A DNA stretch of 63,931 nt, the filler included, from an uncultured bacterium (GTDB lineage Bacteria; Latescibacterota; UBA2968): NCBI GenBank assembly GCA_964471275.1. It is 3 parts of 3 records of this genome, joined end to end, with 100 filler letters (N's around TTAATTAATTAA, not from the genome) between each part and the next. Parts side by side here need not be neighbours in the genome. Positions count along the whole stretch, not along the records: positions 22,125 to 44,085 come from CAYYGZ010000052.1; 2 more parts are not named here. The stretch is one strand, 5' to 3'. Shown here in pieces: positions 28,247-38,929 of this stretch. The translations under genes were made by a program, and so were the position numbers. The notes beneath the pieces are model-generated. The model was not told the DNA's origin. It did no database searches and saw only the letters and a program-made list of their open reading frames with translations. Each line of letters starts with the position of its first letter. The first letter of the stretch is position 1.

Positions 28247-29026
28247 TCAGGACGATCGTCCGAGCCCTGCGATGACTTCATCGGACGTCACCGAATACGC
28301 CCTGAACATCTCCAGAAACAGCACCGTACCATTTGTCTGTGTGAGTTGGGCCTGCGATTCGTACGACTCCATCCCCGTTGTGCAATCACGAACAAGGATC
28401 ACCTCGTATCCCCGGTCTCGCATGGCGAGCGTTCCGTAATCGCGTAGCAGGACACAGCAATTGGTGTTAAACCCGGCATACAGCAAGAACAGGATGCCCT
28501 GCTGCTTGCAGTAGAGGTGGAGTTCCTCGCCGTTGGCAACGACCGCCTCATCGTCTTGCGGCTGGGCCATCGCGTGAATCCCCCGATCTGTCCTCATCTC
28601 GTCGAGTTCACGGTCACGCAGCTCAAACGGCCTGGCGTAATCGGCATAGTCTGACTCCTTGCGAACAAAGTCACTTGGTGGCCATTCGGGATCGGTCTCC
28701 CGTAGGGGGTTCTTCGGAGCGAGTCGAACCCAGCCGTGCTGGCACTTCGCCGTATCAGGGCTGGGAGCGTGGATGACGGGCAGCCCGGCCTGTCGCGCAC
28801 ACGTCAGCAATGGCGCCAGATGCTTCTCGGTGATCTCGTCGATGCGGGCCTCGCAGTCCGAGAGGTAGTGCCCATCCCAGACATCGACAAGCACCAGAGC
28901 AGCCTGATTGAGCGGTATTTCCCAGTCAAGATGAGCGTATTCGGTATTTGTCTCAACCCAGTCAACACCAGGATCGACGTGCCAGCGATAGTAGCGCGGA
29001 GACAGCCGGAGGGGCACGGTGGACAT
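28247..29026 (-). CDS. Isochorismatase-family hydrolase
   Basis: ALVLVDVW, YAGFNTNCCV, LVRDCTT. Confidence 0.85.
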   Translation of the reverse strand: MSTVPLRLSPRYYRWHVDPGVDWVETNTEYAHLDWEIPLNQAALVLVDVWDGHYLSDCEARIDEITEKHLAPLLTCARQAGLPVIHAPSPDTAKCQHGWVRLAPKNPLRETDPEWPPSDFVRKESDYADYARPFELRDRELDEMRTDRGIHAMAQPQDDEAVVANGEELHLYCKQQGILFLLYAGFNTNCCVLLRDYGTLAMRDRGYEVILVRDCTTGMESYESQAQLTQTNGTVLFLEMFRAYSVTSDEVIAGLGRSS

Positions 29027-29827
29027 TCAGGCAACTACGTCAGCTTTGAGCATCAATTCTTCCCGCCCGCCAAGACCTGAAACGACACGGAACGACCGTT
29101 CATCGTCGGTGTTCTCCGATATATACCTGACAGTCGGAGGGAAGTAGGCATACAGAGCCGTGTGACGAGGATGTGGCGACCTGTTCGGGCCGGACCCGTG
29201 AACGGCAAGACTGTGAAACATCAACGCACTTCCGGCCTTCAGCGGGACCTCCTTCGCCTGACGGGTATCCACATCAGTTCGCTGAGACTCTGCTTTGTCC
29301 GAGTTTTTCGCGATTGTCCCCCAGTCCCGCAACCCCCACTCGTGACTCCTGGGTATCACTTGGATACAGCCATTCTCCGGTGTCGACTCGGTCAGCGCAA
29401 TGCTGACAGTCACGAGCGAAGCAGGACGCATCGGCCAGTAGGCGGAATCCTGGTGGAAACTGTGGGCGGACCCGTGGTTGGCTGGTTTTAGCATCAGGGT
29501 GCTCCGGAACAAGAGCAGATCGTCACCAAGCAACTCACGGACGACACGGATCAGTTTGGGATGCTGGGCAAGCGACTTGAAAACATCGGAGTAGTTGCCC
29601 GTCTGCTCGATCTTCCGAAGGATCGGGAGACCGGCCGCCTCTTCAGACTTCGCGTAGGGTTCCAGTTGGAAAGATCGTCCCCGGGCATCTCCTGACTTCC
29701 CGTAATCTGCGCCCAGCCGATGAAGGCGGGTGATCTCGGCTCCGCAGCGATTCAGCTCATCTTCGCACAGAAGATCCTCGAGGACATAGTAGCCCTGCTC
29801 CTCGAAGTGATCTCGGATGCCACGCAT
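29027..29827 (-). CDS. Phytanoyl-CoA dioxygenase (PhyH) family
   Basis: FHQDSAYW, NGCIQVIPRSH, HSLAVHGSGPNRS. Confidence 0.92.
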   Translation of the reverse strand: MRGIRDHFEEQGYYVLEDLLCEDELNRCGAEITRLHRLGADYGKSGDARGRSFQLEPYAKSEEAAGLPILRKIEQTGNYSDVFKSLAQHPKLIRVVRELLGDDLLLFRSTLMLKPANHGSAHSFHQDSAYWPMRPASLVTVSIALTESTPENGCIQVIPRSHEWGLRDWGTIAKNSDKAESQRTDVDTRQAKEVPLKAGSALMFHSLAVHGSGPNRSPHPRHTALYAYFPPTVRYISENTDDERSFRVVSGLGGREELMLKADVVA

Positions 29828-29858
29828 TGAGCACCTTTCACTCAGGTAGTCGACAAGA

Positions 29859-30290
29859 TTACACCAACCTGCGCAGGTAGGCGGCAATCAGGATGACGAC
29901 CAACCCGAGAACGAAGTTGATCGTCAGCCACTTCTTCCGATTCGCTTTTACGCCAGAGAAGGCCGGCCCCGGGATCATCAACATAAAGGCGATCTTGAAT
30001 ACGATCAAGGCGAGTACGATCTTGACGATTACAGGGTGCAGGTAGGCAGGTGTTGTCAACGTCCCTGCGGAGGCGGCCACGCCGACGTTATACAGCCCCG
30101 TGACCAGGAGAAGCCCCATACTGATACCGATAATCTGACGAAACCGCGTCTGGATGACCTCCAACAACTCCTCCCGGGCGCCCTCATCGAGTTCCTCTAT
30201 TGCCGGTAGGATCGCAAAACGAACACAGGCCACGCCACCAACGGCCAGAACGGCGGCCACCACGTGTAGCCATTGCATCAAGATTGTCAC
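29859..30290 (-). CDS. Four-TM membrane protein (CopD-like)
   Basis: WLHVVAAVLAVGG, LLLVTGLYN, KIVLAL; GGAGAGG SD. Confidence 0.7.
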   Translation of the reverse strand: MTILMQWLHVVAAVLAVGGVACVRFAILPAIEELDEGAREELLEVIQTRFRQIIGISMGLLLVTGLYNVGVAASAGTLTTPAYLHPVIVKIVLALIVFKIAFMLMIPGPAFSGVKANRKKWLTINFVLGLVVILIAAYLRRLV

Positions 30291-30354
30291 TTTCCTCTCC
30301 TATACATGGGTTTGAAATTCGGTCAGGAGGATGCTACGCGGCTTATTCACCGTC

Positions 30355-30388
30355 AAGAAAAACAAGAGCCGGTCGTAATGACCGGCTC
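30355..30388 (-). terminator. Rho-independent terminator after the TonB/DUF4249 pair
   Basis: GAGCCGGTC-N5-GACCGGCTC followed by TTGTTTTTCTT on the minus strand. Confidence 0.75.
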
Positions 30389-30469
30389 CGGATAGCCAGG
30401 GAGAAGAAAGAACGATCGCATCGATCAGGGGGCATAAGAGAAACGTGTCCCTGCTCGGATAAGCCCCGC

Positions 30470-31429
30470 TCAGTTCGAAGGTCTTAAATCCGTCGAATCT
30501 TTGGAAACGACAACGAAGCCGAGCGAGTCGATCGATGCTGACCCGAAGATCCCGATCCCGCCATCCACGTTGAAAACCGGGAACTTGTAGTTGTCACCGG
30601 CATTCCCGCCAAAACCACCCTCATCTCCGAACGCCGGGCTTGTTCGAATAAAGTCGAACCAGTTCTTGTCCACTGCCGTGATCCGCAGGATGTGTCGCCC
30701 TGCATACGCGATCGCAAACCAGGGAAGACGAAGGGATCCGTTCGGTGCCAGAAACGGAGGTGAACTCACGTTCCGCCCGAAATCATCATCGTCCAGAAAG
30801 TCCGCTTGTATGACGAAGGGCGATCCTTCGTCCAGACTCAAAACGCCAACCTGGTAACCGACCGCCTGGCCCGGATCAAACCGAACCTCTAGCAAACCAT
30901 CCTGGTAGAGGACCTGATTCTCGGGTGCAACAAAAACATCGGGGTTGTCCGCAAAGGTGAAAAAATGTCGGGTAACGCTCTGGGTCTGATCATCCAGCAG
31001 CACGGCCTCGCGGATGCGAAATCGATCAGGTGTGAGCGTTGTAGCTATCGCCAACCTGCCCTCAGAGTGGACCGTGAGTTTGTACACGGTATTGGGCAGA
31101 ACGATCGGGACACCTGAGGGTGGTAGATACAATGCCCGTGTTCGAGCATCATTGACATACATGAATGTGTGGTTCCCAACCTCGACCGACACGCTGGCTC
31201 CCGCAACACCTGAATTGGCATCAGTAACGGGCTGTCCAGGTGCGATCGTCTCTGTCAGGAGAATCTCCGGCAACGGACGATCGACGATCAGAAGGGCATC
31301 GACGACGAGTCGCCCCGTGTCGAGTTCTGCTCCGAACAGGTCTCCGGCCTCTCTCTCGGTCGAGCAGCCGGTGAGGGCAGCTGAGAAACACATCATCATA
31401 GCACTGAAACGTCTGATTAGTGTTGTCAT
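30470..31429 (-). CDS. DUF4249-like lipoprotein partner of the TonB receptor
   Basis: Lipobox LTGC; C-terminal NVDGGIGIFGSAS. Confidence 0.8.
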   Translation of the reverse strand: MTTLIRRFSAMMMCFSAALTGCSTEREAGDLFGAELDTGRLVVDALLIVDRPLPEILLTETIAPGQPVTDANSGVAGASVSVEVGNHTFMYVNDARTRALYLPPSGVPIVLPNTVYKLTVHSEGRLAIATTLTPDRFRIREAVLLDDQTQSVTRHFFTFADNPDVFVAPENQVLYQDGLLEVRFDPGQAVGYQVGVLSLDEGSPFVIQADFLDDDDFGRNVSSPPFLAPNGSLRLPWFAIAYAGRHILRITAVDKNWFDFIRTSPAFGDEGGFGGNAGDNYKFPVFNVDGGIGIFGSASIDSLGFVVVSKDSTDLRPSN

Positions 31430-31438
31430 CCCATCCCC

Positions 31439-33697
31439 CTAGAAACCGAAATCGATGCCGAACGTCGGCACGACCGGCAACATTTTAAATACGCGCGGCG
31501 TGGAATCTCCGCCGTTGTCGTTCTCGACAAACCACTCGTTCTTGCGGTTGTAAGCGTTGAAGACCTGGACATATGCCTCGGCTTCAGACCCGAACAACCT
31601 GAATCTCCGCTTGACACTCAAATCCAGCCGATGGTAGGGCAGCAGCCGAGCGCTGTTCTTGTCTCCCTGGATCGCATACCGGTGTGACTTAAATTCGGGG
31701 ACAGCGGGGTCACGTAATTGATAGCGGCCCACGATCGGTGTGTAGGCCTGTCCGGTGCCGTACAGGAGGGTGCTACCGAAGGACCACTTACCAAGTCTGT
31801 AGTTCAGGACGAATGATACATCGTGACGCCGATCATACTTGGTTGGGAATCGCTTGCCGCTGTTGAGTTCCGTGAACGTCCGACGGGTCCACCCGAGTGT
31901 GTAGCCGATCCACCCCGTGAACCGGCCCGTTCGACGCTGAAGAAACAGCTCGACACCGGACGCGTAACCCGTTCCACCCGTGACGAAAAGGTCTTCGGAT
32001 GTCGTGCCTTCTGTGTCTACGGCAACGTCTTGGTCGAGTACGACAAGATTCGTCATGTCGGTATAGTAGCCTTCGACTGAGAGCTTATACCGTTCGGACG
32101 GCTCGTATTCGATCCCGGTAACAGCCTGCCAGGACCGACTGGGATCGACGGTGTCGTCCAGGGGTACCCAGAAATCACTACCACTGAAGGCCTCCGTCGT
32201 CACGAACTGGAGATACTGTGTGTAAGCGCCTCCCCCGGCCTTGCAACGCCACTTTGGCTTGAACTGGTAGCTGAACGATCCTCGTGGTTCGAACCGCACG
32301 CCCCCTTGTTCCGTAAAATGGTTCGCCCTGAAACCGACTCTCAGACTCATACCGGAAGCCGGCTGCCAGTGATCCTGAAGGTAGACCGAGTATAGAGAAG
32401 ATATCTCCTTGAGGTCGATCTGATCTTCGTTGTTGAACACCTGCCGGAATCGGAAGTCATACCACGTGGCCAGGAATCCCGTGCTCAGTGAGTGTTTGGT
32501 ACTTGCAAAGAAGTCGAGATCACCCTTGGCTGAGAAATCGCGAATACTGTTCAAGATCAGGATTGGCGTATCAAAAATGTGGATATTCGTATCGCTGAAA
32601 TACTTGCTGCCGGCTACTATGAAGTTCCAGAAGAGATTGTCTGAGAAAATGTGATTCCACTTGACCGTAGCCGCCGTGTTTCCCCACCGAATCGTGAAGA
32701 ACGTGTCCTCTTCGAGATCAAAACGCAGGTCATCACGACCGGCATAGCCGCTGACGCTTAGCTTATCGCGCTCTCCCCAGTCCTGATTCAGCTTGACGTT
32801 CGCATCGTAGAAATAATAGGAGGGAACATCCGTACTGTCCGTCCGAATTGCGGAGAGGAGCGGATCGAGGTATGTACGCCTACCCGAAACCATCCACGAG
32901 CCATTCCTCGTCGGGCCTTCCAGCATCAGCCGACCGGAAATCAGACTGATGCCACCGGTGCCTTCGAACTTCTTCCTGTTCCCATCGCGGTTACGGACAT
33001 CAAGAACCGCCCCCAGCCGACCGCCATACTGGGCGGGATAGGCGCCTTTGTACAGGCTCATATCCTTGATTGCATCCGCGTTGAATGTGGAGAAGAATCC
33101 GAAGGCATGGGATGGGTTATAGAGGGGAATCTGATCGAGCAGAATCAGCGTCTGATCCGGACTCCCTCCCCTGATGTAGAGCCCCGAACTGATGTCCGAT
33201 GCAGCCTGGATGCCCGGAAGAAGCGGGAGGCTCCGGAGAATATCTGTCTCACCAAAAGACGGGAGCTCTTGAATCCGCTCGGTAGGCAACGCTATAAAGC
33301 CCGTCTGAACGATGGAATCTTCCTCATCACGATCTGCCTCCACCACGATCTCTTCACCTACAAAGGTCGTTGGCGACAGATCGACATCATACCGATACGC
33401 ATCCGTGCCGACGGTGAGAGGCTGCTTGAACGCCGCATATCCGATGTATGAAATCACAATCTCATACTTGCCGGAAACGATATCTTTCAGTGCGTAAAAG
33501 CCCTCTATGTTCGACAGAACGCCAAGAACGGCTTCTCCTTGACGTATGACAACATTTGCATATGGCAATGTTTCTCCGCTCTCTTGGTCGCGCACGTATC
33601 CGCTGACCGTACCGGCGTCAGCCTCCGTTGCACTGCAGAGCATCAGAAACACAAAGCCAATCAACCAATCTCTCAATCGACACCTCCCATTGGCCAC
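31439..33697 (-). CDS. TonB-dependent receptor with N-terminal carboxypeptidase-regulatory-like domain
   Basis: SGYVRD..SGETLPYANV, GLYIRGGSPDQTLILLD, YDRRH, terminal Phe; start uncertain. Confidence 0.93.
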   Translation of the reverse strand: MANGRCRLRDWLIGFVFLMLCSATEADAGTVSGYVRDQESGETLPYANVVIRQGEAVLGVLSNIEGFYALKDIVSGKYEIVISYIGYAAFKQPLTVGTDAYRYDVDLSPTTFVGEEIVVEADRDEEDSIVQTGFIALPTERIQELPSFGETDILRSLPLLPGIQAASDISSGLYIRGGSPDQTLILLDQIPLYNPSHAFGFFSTFNADAIKDMSLYKGAYPAQYGGRLGAVLDVRNRDGNRKKFEGTGGISLISGRLMLEGPTRNGSWMVSGRRTYLDPLLSAIRTDSTDVPSYYFYDANVKLNQDWGERDKLSVSGYAGRDDLRFDLEEDTFFTIRWGNTAATVKWNHIFSDNLFWNFIVAGSKYFSDTNIHIFDTPILILNSIRDFSAKGDLDFFASTKHSLSTGFLATWYDFRFRQVFNNEDQIDLKEISSLYSVYLQDHWQPASGMSLRVGFRANHFTEQGGVRFEPRGSFSYQFKPKWRCKAGGGAYTQYLQFVTTEAFSGSDFWVPLDDTVDPSRSWQAVTGIEYEPSERYKLSVEGYYTDMTNLVVLDQDVAVDTEGTTSEDLFVTGGTGYASGVELFLQRRTGRFTGWIGYTLGWTRRTFTELNSGKRFPTKYDRRHDVSFVLNYRLGKWSFGSTLLYGTGQAYTPIVGRYQLRDPAVPEFKSHRYAIQGDKNSARLLPYHRLDLSVKRRFRLFGSEAEAYVQVFNAYNRKNEWFVENDNGGDSTPRVFKMLPVVPTFGIDFGF

Positions 33698-33885
33698 ATT
33701 TCTACCTCGAATCGCGTGAGTATACCCGTATGCACAGGGTAGGTCAAACCTCCTGCCCGCGTATTGGCCACCGACACCATCGCAAAGTGTCACTCCGACG
33801 CTGGATTTTGGTAGCAATCCGTGCGTCAAAGGTCAGCCAGGCGCCGACGTCTCGCAGATACTCGTGTCCTGTATCCTTCCTAACA

Positions 33886-33928
33886 CAAAAGCAACACCCC
33901 CGGGCAAGTCCCGGAGGTGTTGCTTTTG
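33886..33928. terminator. Bidirectional-type intrinsic terminator after the DUF4037 gene
   Basis: CAAAAGCAACACC...GGTGTTGCTTTTG long stem. Confidence 0.85.
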
Positions 33929-33949
33929 TATACAACTGTCTGTGTTGCG

Positions 33950-34999
33950 CTACGAGTCCACGGGTGTAAGGTTCAACAGCCGATCCCAATCATCTATGGG
34001 TATGCCATCAACATATCCCGAATGGAACTCTTCCAGGTAGACTTGATCCCATTGCGGCACGATGTTCTTCACATCTGCCGGGAGTTGCTTGACGATGTCT
34101 GCGTAGGCGTGCTCCAGAAGTCGGTAGCCCGACGTGGCATTGCCCTTGAACTGAGGGTGCGAGGAGATGACACCCATTTCGACCATTCGTCTGTCGAGAA
34201 TGTCGGAGAGCAGCTCGAGGATAGTGAGCTTGCGATCCCATCCGGTTTCCAGCGCCACCGCTTCATCGACGAGGGGCACCATCTCGTCAGCCAATGTTGG
34301 CAGCTGTCGAAAGTAGGCATCAAGCCATTTGTCGTAGGGGAAATACGTCTTATTCAACAGGAAAGCGATCTCGACGGTCCACTTGATCGAACGCGCGAAG
34401 GTGATCGAGGCATACTGGTAGTTCTTCCGGATGAGTGCACGGTTCAGCGCGTAAACGCCCATTCCTGAGAGGTAGCGGCACCAGTGGGATATGCGTCGGA
34501 GCCAGACCGGTTCGGGATAGTAGCTGAGCGCGTCACGAATCCCTGTGAGCCGGCCCGAGGGGTCATACCACACCTCCCCGTTCGTCACGTGGACGATATC
34601 CTCCTCCGGCATCGACAACCACTCAACGTTCGACTTCGGCGCATCCGTCAGCCCGATGGTTCTCCTGAGAAACGCCTCAAGACTCTCCGGGGCCAGACCA
34701 GCGCCCGCAACGTGACCTTCCCGTAAATCGTATCCTCCGAAGCTACTTGGCAGTTGCGCACCGACCGTCTCTGCGATCCCTGCACCGTGTTCCCTGTGAA
34801 GGGCATCCGGAAGCAGCATATCGATACGCAAGCCGAAATGATGGTCCCGCGACACCTCGTCGTCCATCCCGTAGCACTCAGACCCGTACCCGATCAGTCC
34901 GAACGCCGACTGGCTCACGATCTCAGGCACATCACGCTCAAGGATAGGGAGCACCACCTCCTCGAAAAACGCTCTGGATACTCGGACAATCTCACTCAT
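33950..34999 (-). CDS. DUF4037 domain protein (nucleotidyltransferase-like fold)
   Basis: GLIGYGSECYGMDDEVSRDHHFG, VTNGEVWYDPSG, YYPEPVW, PYDKW. Confidence 0.85.
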   Translation of the reverse strand: MSEIVRVSRAFFEEVVLPILERDVPEIVSQSAFGLIGYGSECYGMDDEVSRDHHFGLRIDMLLPDALHREHGAGIAETVGAQLPSSFGGYDLREGHVAGAGLAPESLEAFLRRTIGLTDAPKSNVEWLSMPEEDIVHVTNGEVWYDPSGRLTGIRDALSYYPEPVWLRRISHWCRYLSGMGVYALNRALIRKNYQYASITFARSIKWTVEIAFLLNKTYFPYDKWLDAYFRQLPTLADEMVPLVDEAVALETGWDRKLTILELLSDILDRRMVEMGVISSHPQFKGNATSGYRLLEHAYADIVKQLPADVKNIVPQWDQVYLEEFHSGYVDGIPIDDWDRLLNLTPVDS

Positions 35000-35110
35000 C
35001 TCTCAGACCGATACTCTCTTCCATTCTGTGCTGTTCGAGCATTGGGCGCGCCAATCTTGCCCGTCATCATAAGCGCACCAAGGGATCCTGTCTGGGCCCG
35101 GGCCCTTCCC

Positions 35111-37084
35111 CTAAGTAATCTCCACCATCTGGTGCCCGACCACCTCAGGCACCGAGAACAACACCCGCCCGTCTCGATACGTGAACGACAGATTCTCACC
35201 ATTCGGCACGCATTGGACCTGCTTGGGATCCTCTGGCATTCTGATGGACACACCGACATCGTAGACCGGTATCACATCCTCAATCACATCAAAATCAGCG
35301 CCACGGCGCTCCGGCACATAGTGGAGCAGATGTACCACAGTCCGATGGTAGCCAGGCTGTTCGTTCACAGTCGACAGAATCGATGACGGCCCGTCGACAC
35401 GGATCATGGGATCGGGCAGGAGGATGTCGATCGCGTTCAGAACCAGCTGCTTGACCCAACGCGGCGCATTCTGCCCATATTGGCCAAAAACGGGATGGGC
35501 AAAATAGATCACGTGTCCATGTTTGACGATGGCCGGATACTCCGGCTTCTCCGCGGAAGGCGTATGTCTATGCGAACAGAAATGCTCCCACGTTCTGTTG
35601 AAGTAAGGCACCAGAGTCACGGCCAGCGTGTCGGAACCGGACCGTGCCGCCACCTCCATCGCCCTCATATACATGACGTGGCCTGCCTCGGGCAGCCCCC
35701 GGCCGATCAATCCCTTCGGTTGCACAAAATCGGGACTGTAGGGCGCGTCGCCCACCAGATCGACACCGATCGCATCGAGTGCAAAACCGGATCCATCGGG
35801 TCGGAGTCCGGATTGGTGACTCGCAATCAGGGAACCACCCGAATTCAGATATGCTTCAAGCTTACTCTTGAGAGCGTCACCAAGGGGAATCTCATCCGGC
35901 AAGATAACGAGCGCGTAAGGGCTGAGATCCGCCTGGGTGTCGACGATATCAAACTGGTGCGCGCCTTCCTGCAGCATATGGACAGCGCCGCTCATAGGCA
36001 GCGGAACCCGGTCACCCGAGAACTCTTCAGTCGTCATCACCGCAATATCGACCACCGGCTTCGCATCGATACACCAGGGCTCCTTCTTCGCCACTTCCGA
36101 ATAAACAGATCCGATCAGGTCGTATGTCGTCTCACAAATCTCGCCTTCAGGATGCAGCTGATCCCCAACGCTGCACTTGGCACCGTGAGCGAGCATCTGG
36201 AAGCACTCGTACTGGAGCGCTTCCGGATTCTTGAATGAATGGAAGTCCCCCCAGGACGTATGGAATTTCCCCGTCATCCCCATGCAGTCTTGACCGAGTG
36301 TACGGGCATACCGAACAGCCATCGGGAAATGGACATACCCCCACCCACCGCTCGGAAGCGACTCCAGTTCGAAGTGAGAGTAGGTTTCACTTGTGGTCCG
36401 ATGTTGAGGACCGATATGGCCTGAATTGTAGAAGATCGTCGCCTCTGGATTCAGGTCCCGGACGAAAGCGGACATGTCCGATCGAAAGGCCTCCATCACC
36501 GTCTGACCGTAGGCCTGTCGCTGAAGTGCATCCGCCGGATCCATCCCCTTGTCGATCATGCCCCGACGTGAGTGGATCGAGGAATCATCCAGCTCCTGCA
36601 CGATGTCGAAGAACAGCCCATCAACGGGAACACAGTTGAAGAGATCTTTGACGTGTGCTTTCAGAAAGTCCATGTAGGGAGAATTGACCAGAAGCCTGCG
36701 ATAGAACCCGGGTTCGTAGGGTGCCGTACCGGCGACTCGGCCATCCGCCTCGACCTGCAGCCACTCCGGATGATTCTCTGCACTGAATTCATCCCACTGA
36801 ACCGTCAGGTAGACGGGTACCCGGATGTCACGCGCGTGACACGCTTCGATCTGCTCCTTCAGCAGGTTCGACGTCAGGTTCGGGTGACGGCGCTCTGCAA
36901 ACTGATCTGTGTCGTAGTACAGCCACCCATGATGACAACGCCCGAAACAAGTGACGGAATCGACATGGGCCCTCGCAAGTGTGTCGGCGAACGCGTCCGC
37001 ATCGAATCGCGAACCGATCCCGGCTATGCGTTCGCTTGTATGGAAGTCGAGATGAATCTGTCTGAACCGCAGCTTGTGCCTCAT
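35111..37084 (-). CDS. Putative glycoside hydrolase (GHL6/alpha-fucosidase-like, with beta-galactosidase trimerisation domain)
   Basis: RQIHLDFHTS, CHHGWLYY, ELESLPSGGWGY, GKFHTSWGDF. Confidence 0.85.
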   Translation of the reverse strand: MRHKLRFRQIHLDFHTSERIAGIGSRFDADAFADTLARAHVDSVTCFGRCHHGWLYYDTDQFAERRHPNLTSNLLKEQIEACHARDIRVPVYLTVQWDEFSAENHPEWLQVEADGRVAGTAPYEPGFYRRLLVNSPYMDFLKAHVKDLFNCVPVDGLFFDIVQELDDSSIHSRRGMIDKGMDPADALQRQAYGQTVMEAFRSDMSAFVRDLNPEATIFYNSGHIGPQHRTTSETYSHFELESLPSGGWGYVHFPMAVRYARTLGQDCMGMTGKFHTSWGDFHSFKNPEALQYECFQMLAHGAKCSVGDQLHPEGEICETTYDLIGSVYSEVAKKEPWCIDAKPVVDIAVMTTEEFSGDRVPLPMSGAVHMLQEGAHQFDIVDTQADLSPYALVILPDEIPLGDALKSKLEAYLNSGGSLIASHQSGLRPDGSGFALDAIGVDLVGDAPYSPDFVQPKGLIGRGLPEAGHVMYMRAMEVAARSGSDTLAVTLVPYFNRTWEHFCSHRHTPSAEKPEYPAIVKHGHVIYFAHPVFGQYGQNAPRWVKQLVLNAIDILLPDPMIRVDGPSSILSTVNEQPGYHRTVVHLLHYVPERRGADFDVIEDVIPVYDVGVSIRMPEDPKQVQCVPNGENLSFTYRDGRVLFSVPEVVGHQMVEIT

Positions 37085-37320
37085 TTCTCCTCCGGCTGGT
37101 TATTCATTGTACTCGTCAATATTGCGATGACGTCTGTCGTTCGCAAGACGCGTCATCGTTCAGCCCGTCGCGGAAATCGGGTTGGCATACCTGGCCCAGC
37201 CTCAACGGGTTAAATCCATCTGACCGAGAAAATCGGCAGAACCAGCTGCATCCAGATCCCGTTGTCTTCCCTGCCAACAGAAGAAACACGAAAAGGCGGT
37301 GCCATCCCCCCGATGGACGA

Positions 37321-37349
37321 TTGACAGGCCAACAAGCGGCCGATATTAT
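37321..37349 (+). promoter_or_regulatory. Sigma70 promoter TTGACA-N17-TATTAT
   Basis: Near-consensus, 44 nt before the sulfatase GTG. Confidence 0.7.
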
Positions 37350-37392
37350 TCGGCATCATCACAGAGAACTTACCCGGCTAGGAGACATACGC

Positions 37393-38760
37393 GTGAAACG
37401 ACCTAATATTCTGTTCCTAATGAGCGATGAACACCGGCCCGATGTCACGGGGTATGAAGGTGACAAGGTCGTTCGCACCCCCGTACTCGATTCACTCGCA
37501 GAGACTGGCGTCGTGTTCAGGAACGCCTACACCCCCTCGCCCATCTGTGTTCCCGGGCGGCAGTGCCTCATGTCCGGACAGCTTCCCAAGACCTGCGGTT
37601 GCGAAGGCTGGCTGGACCTGCAGCCAAACTACCGGACTTTTGCCCGGCACTTCACCCAGCACGCGTATTCGACCGTCTGCTGCGGGAAGCTACACCATCA
37701 AACCTGGGATCAGATGCAGGGCTGGACGTCCAGACCTGCAGGGGATATCAGCTTCTCCACGAACGATCTTGAAGGCCGCGTCGAGGAAGAGTTCAAGCGT
37801 TACGGTCGACCCTTCGCTGGCATCAAATGGTCCGATACCAAGGAGGTGAAGCGGGCGGGCGTCGGGGAGTCTCAGATTATCGAGAATGACGAGGACTGGA
37901 CAGAGGCCGCACTCAAGTCTATTGAACGTCACTTCAACGACGCCCAGTACGACCGCGAGTCCCCCGGTCGGCCGATGCTCCTGATGGTCAGTCTCATCGC
38001 GCCGCATTACCCATACCAGATCGACGCGGAGCGTTTCGGCTATTACCTGAATCGTGTCGACCCCTTCCTCGACCAGGAAGTATCAGAGCATCCATTCCTG
38101 AGTCAGAGACAGGTCCGTCCCGGTGTCGACGCCTCGGAGCGTGAGTTACGCAGAGCGACCGCGGCATACTACGGGATGGTCGATCACATCGACACGCTCT
38201 ACGGGCACGTCCTCGGCCAACTCGAACACGTTGGCCAGGATCTCGACGACTGGATCATCATCTACACATCGGATCACGGGGAGATGCTCGGCGAGCACGG
38301 CATCTGGGAGAAACAGAAATTCTACGAAGCCAGCGCGAGAATCCCCCTGGTCATTCGCTGGCCCAGGGGATTTGAAGGCGGACGCATCGTCGACGAAAAC
38401 GTGAACCTCTGTGACCTGTTCGCGACCCTGAGCGACCTCGCGGGTCTGTCGATCCCGGACGGTCTGGACAGCCGCAACCTGGCACCGTTGCTCAAGGGAG
38501 AAGACGCCGACTGGAGCAACGAAACGGTGTCACAGTTCGGCGCGCATAATGTGATGATTAAACAGGACCACCTCAAATACCAGAACTATGGACCGGAGAT
38601 GCCGGAAGTCCTCTTCGATCTGCAGAAAGACCCGGCCGAGAAAACCAACGTCATCGACGACTTGATCTATTCCGACGAAATCGGAAGATTCCGTTCCCGG
38701 CTCGCCGAACTGGGCCACGGTCCCAATGCGGATCCCCATTACGTCAACGCCGGCTACTAA
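37393..38760 (+). CDS. Cys-type sulfatase (choline-sulfatase-like)
   Basis: RPNILFLMSDEH, CVPGR, GKLH, SDHGEMLGEHG.WEK. Confidence 0.95.
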   Translation: MKRPNILFLMSDEHRPDVTGYEGDKVVRTPVLDSLAETGVVFRNAYTPSPICVPGRQCLMSGQLPKTCGCEGWLDLQPNYRTFARHFTQHAYSTVCCGKLHHQTWDQMQGWTSRPAGDISFSTNDLEGRVEEEFKRYGRPFAGIKWSDTKEVKRAGVGESQIIENDEDWTEAALKSIERHFNDAQYDRESPGRPMLLMVSLIAPHYPYQIDAERFGYYLNRVDPFLDQEVSEHPFLSQRQVRPGVDASERELRRATAAYYGMVDHIDTLYGHVLGQLEHVGQDLDDWIIIYTSDHGEMLGEHGIWEKQKFYEASARIPLVIRWPRGFEGGRIVDENVNLCDLFATLSDLAGLSIPDGLDSRNLAPLLKGEDADWSNETVSQFGAHNVMIKQDHLKYQNYGPEMPEVLFDLQKDPAEKTNVIDDLIYSDEIGRFRSRLAELGHGPNADPHYVNAGY

Positions 38761-38929
38761 CACGGGTGATCAGGCCTCCGACCATCCTGTCTGCACGCCG
38801 AAGCCAAAACGCAGGTGCGAATAGACTCGCAATGAACCAGACAAGCATCTTGATCGATGCCTCCGACAGGGCAGGTCATATCGAATGCCGGGGATGCAAG
38901 AGGTAACCCTTTCACTGGACACAAAACGA

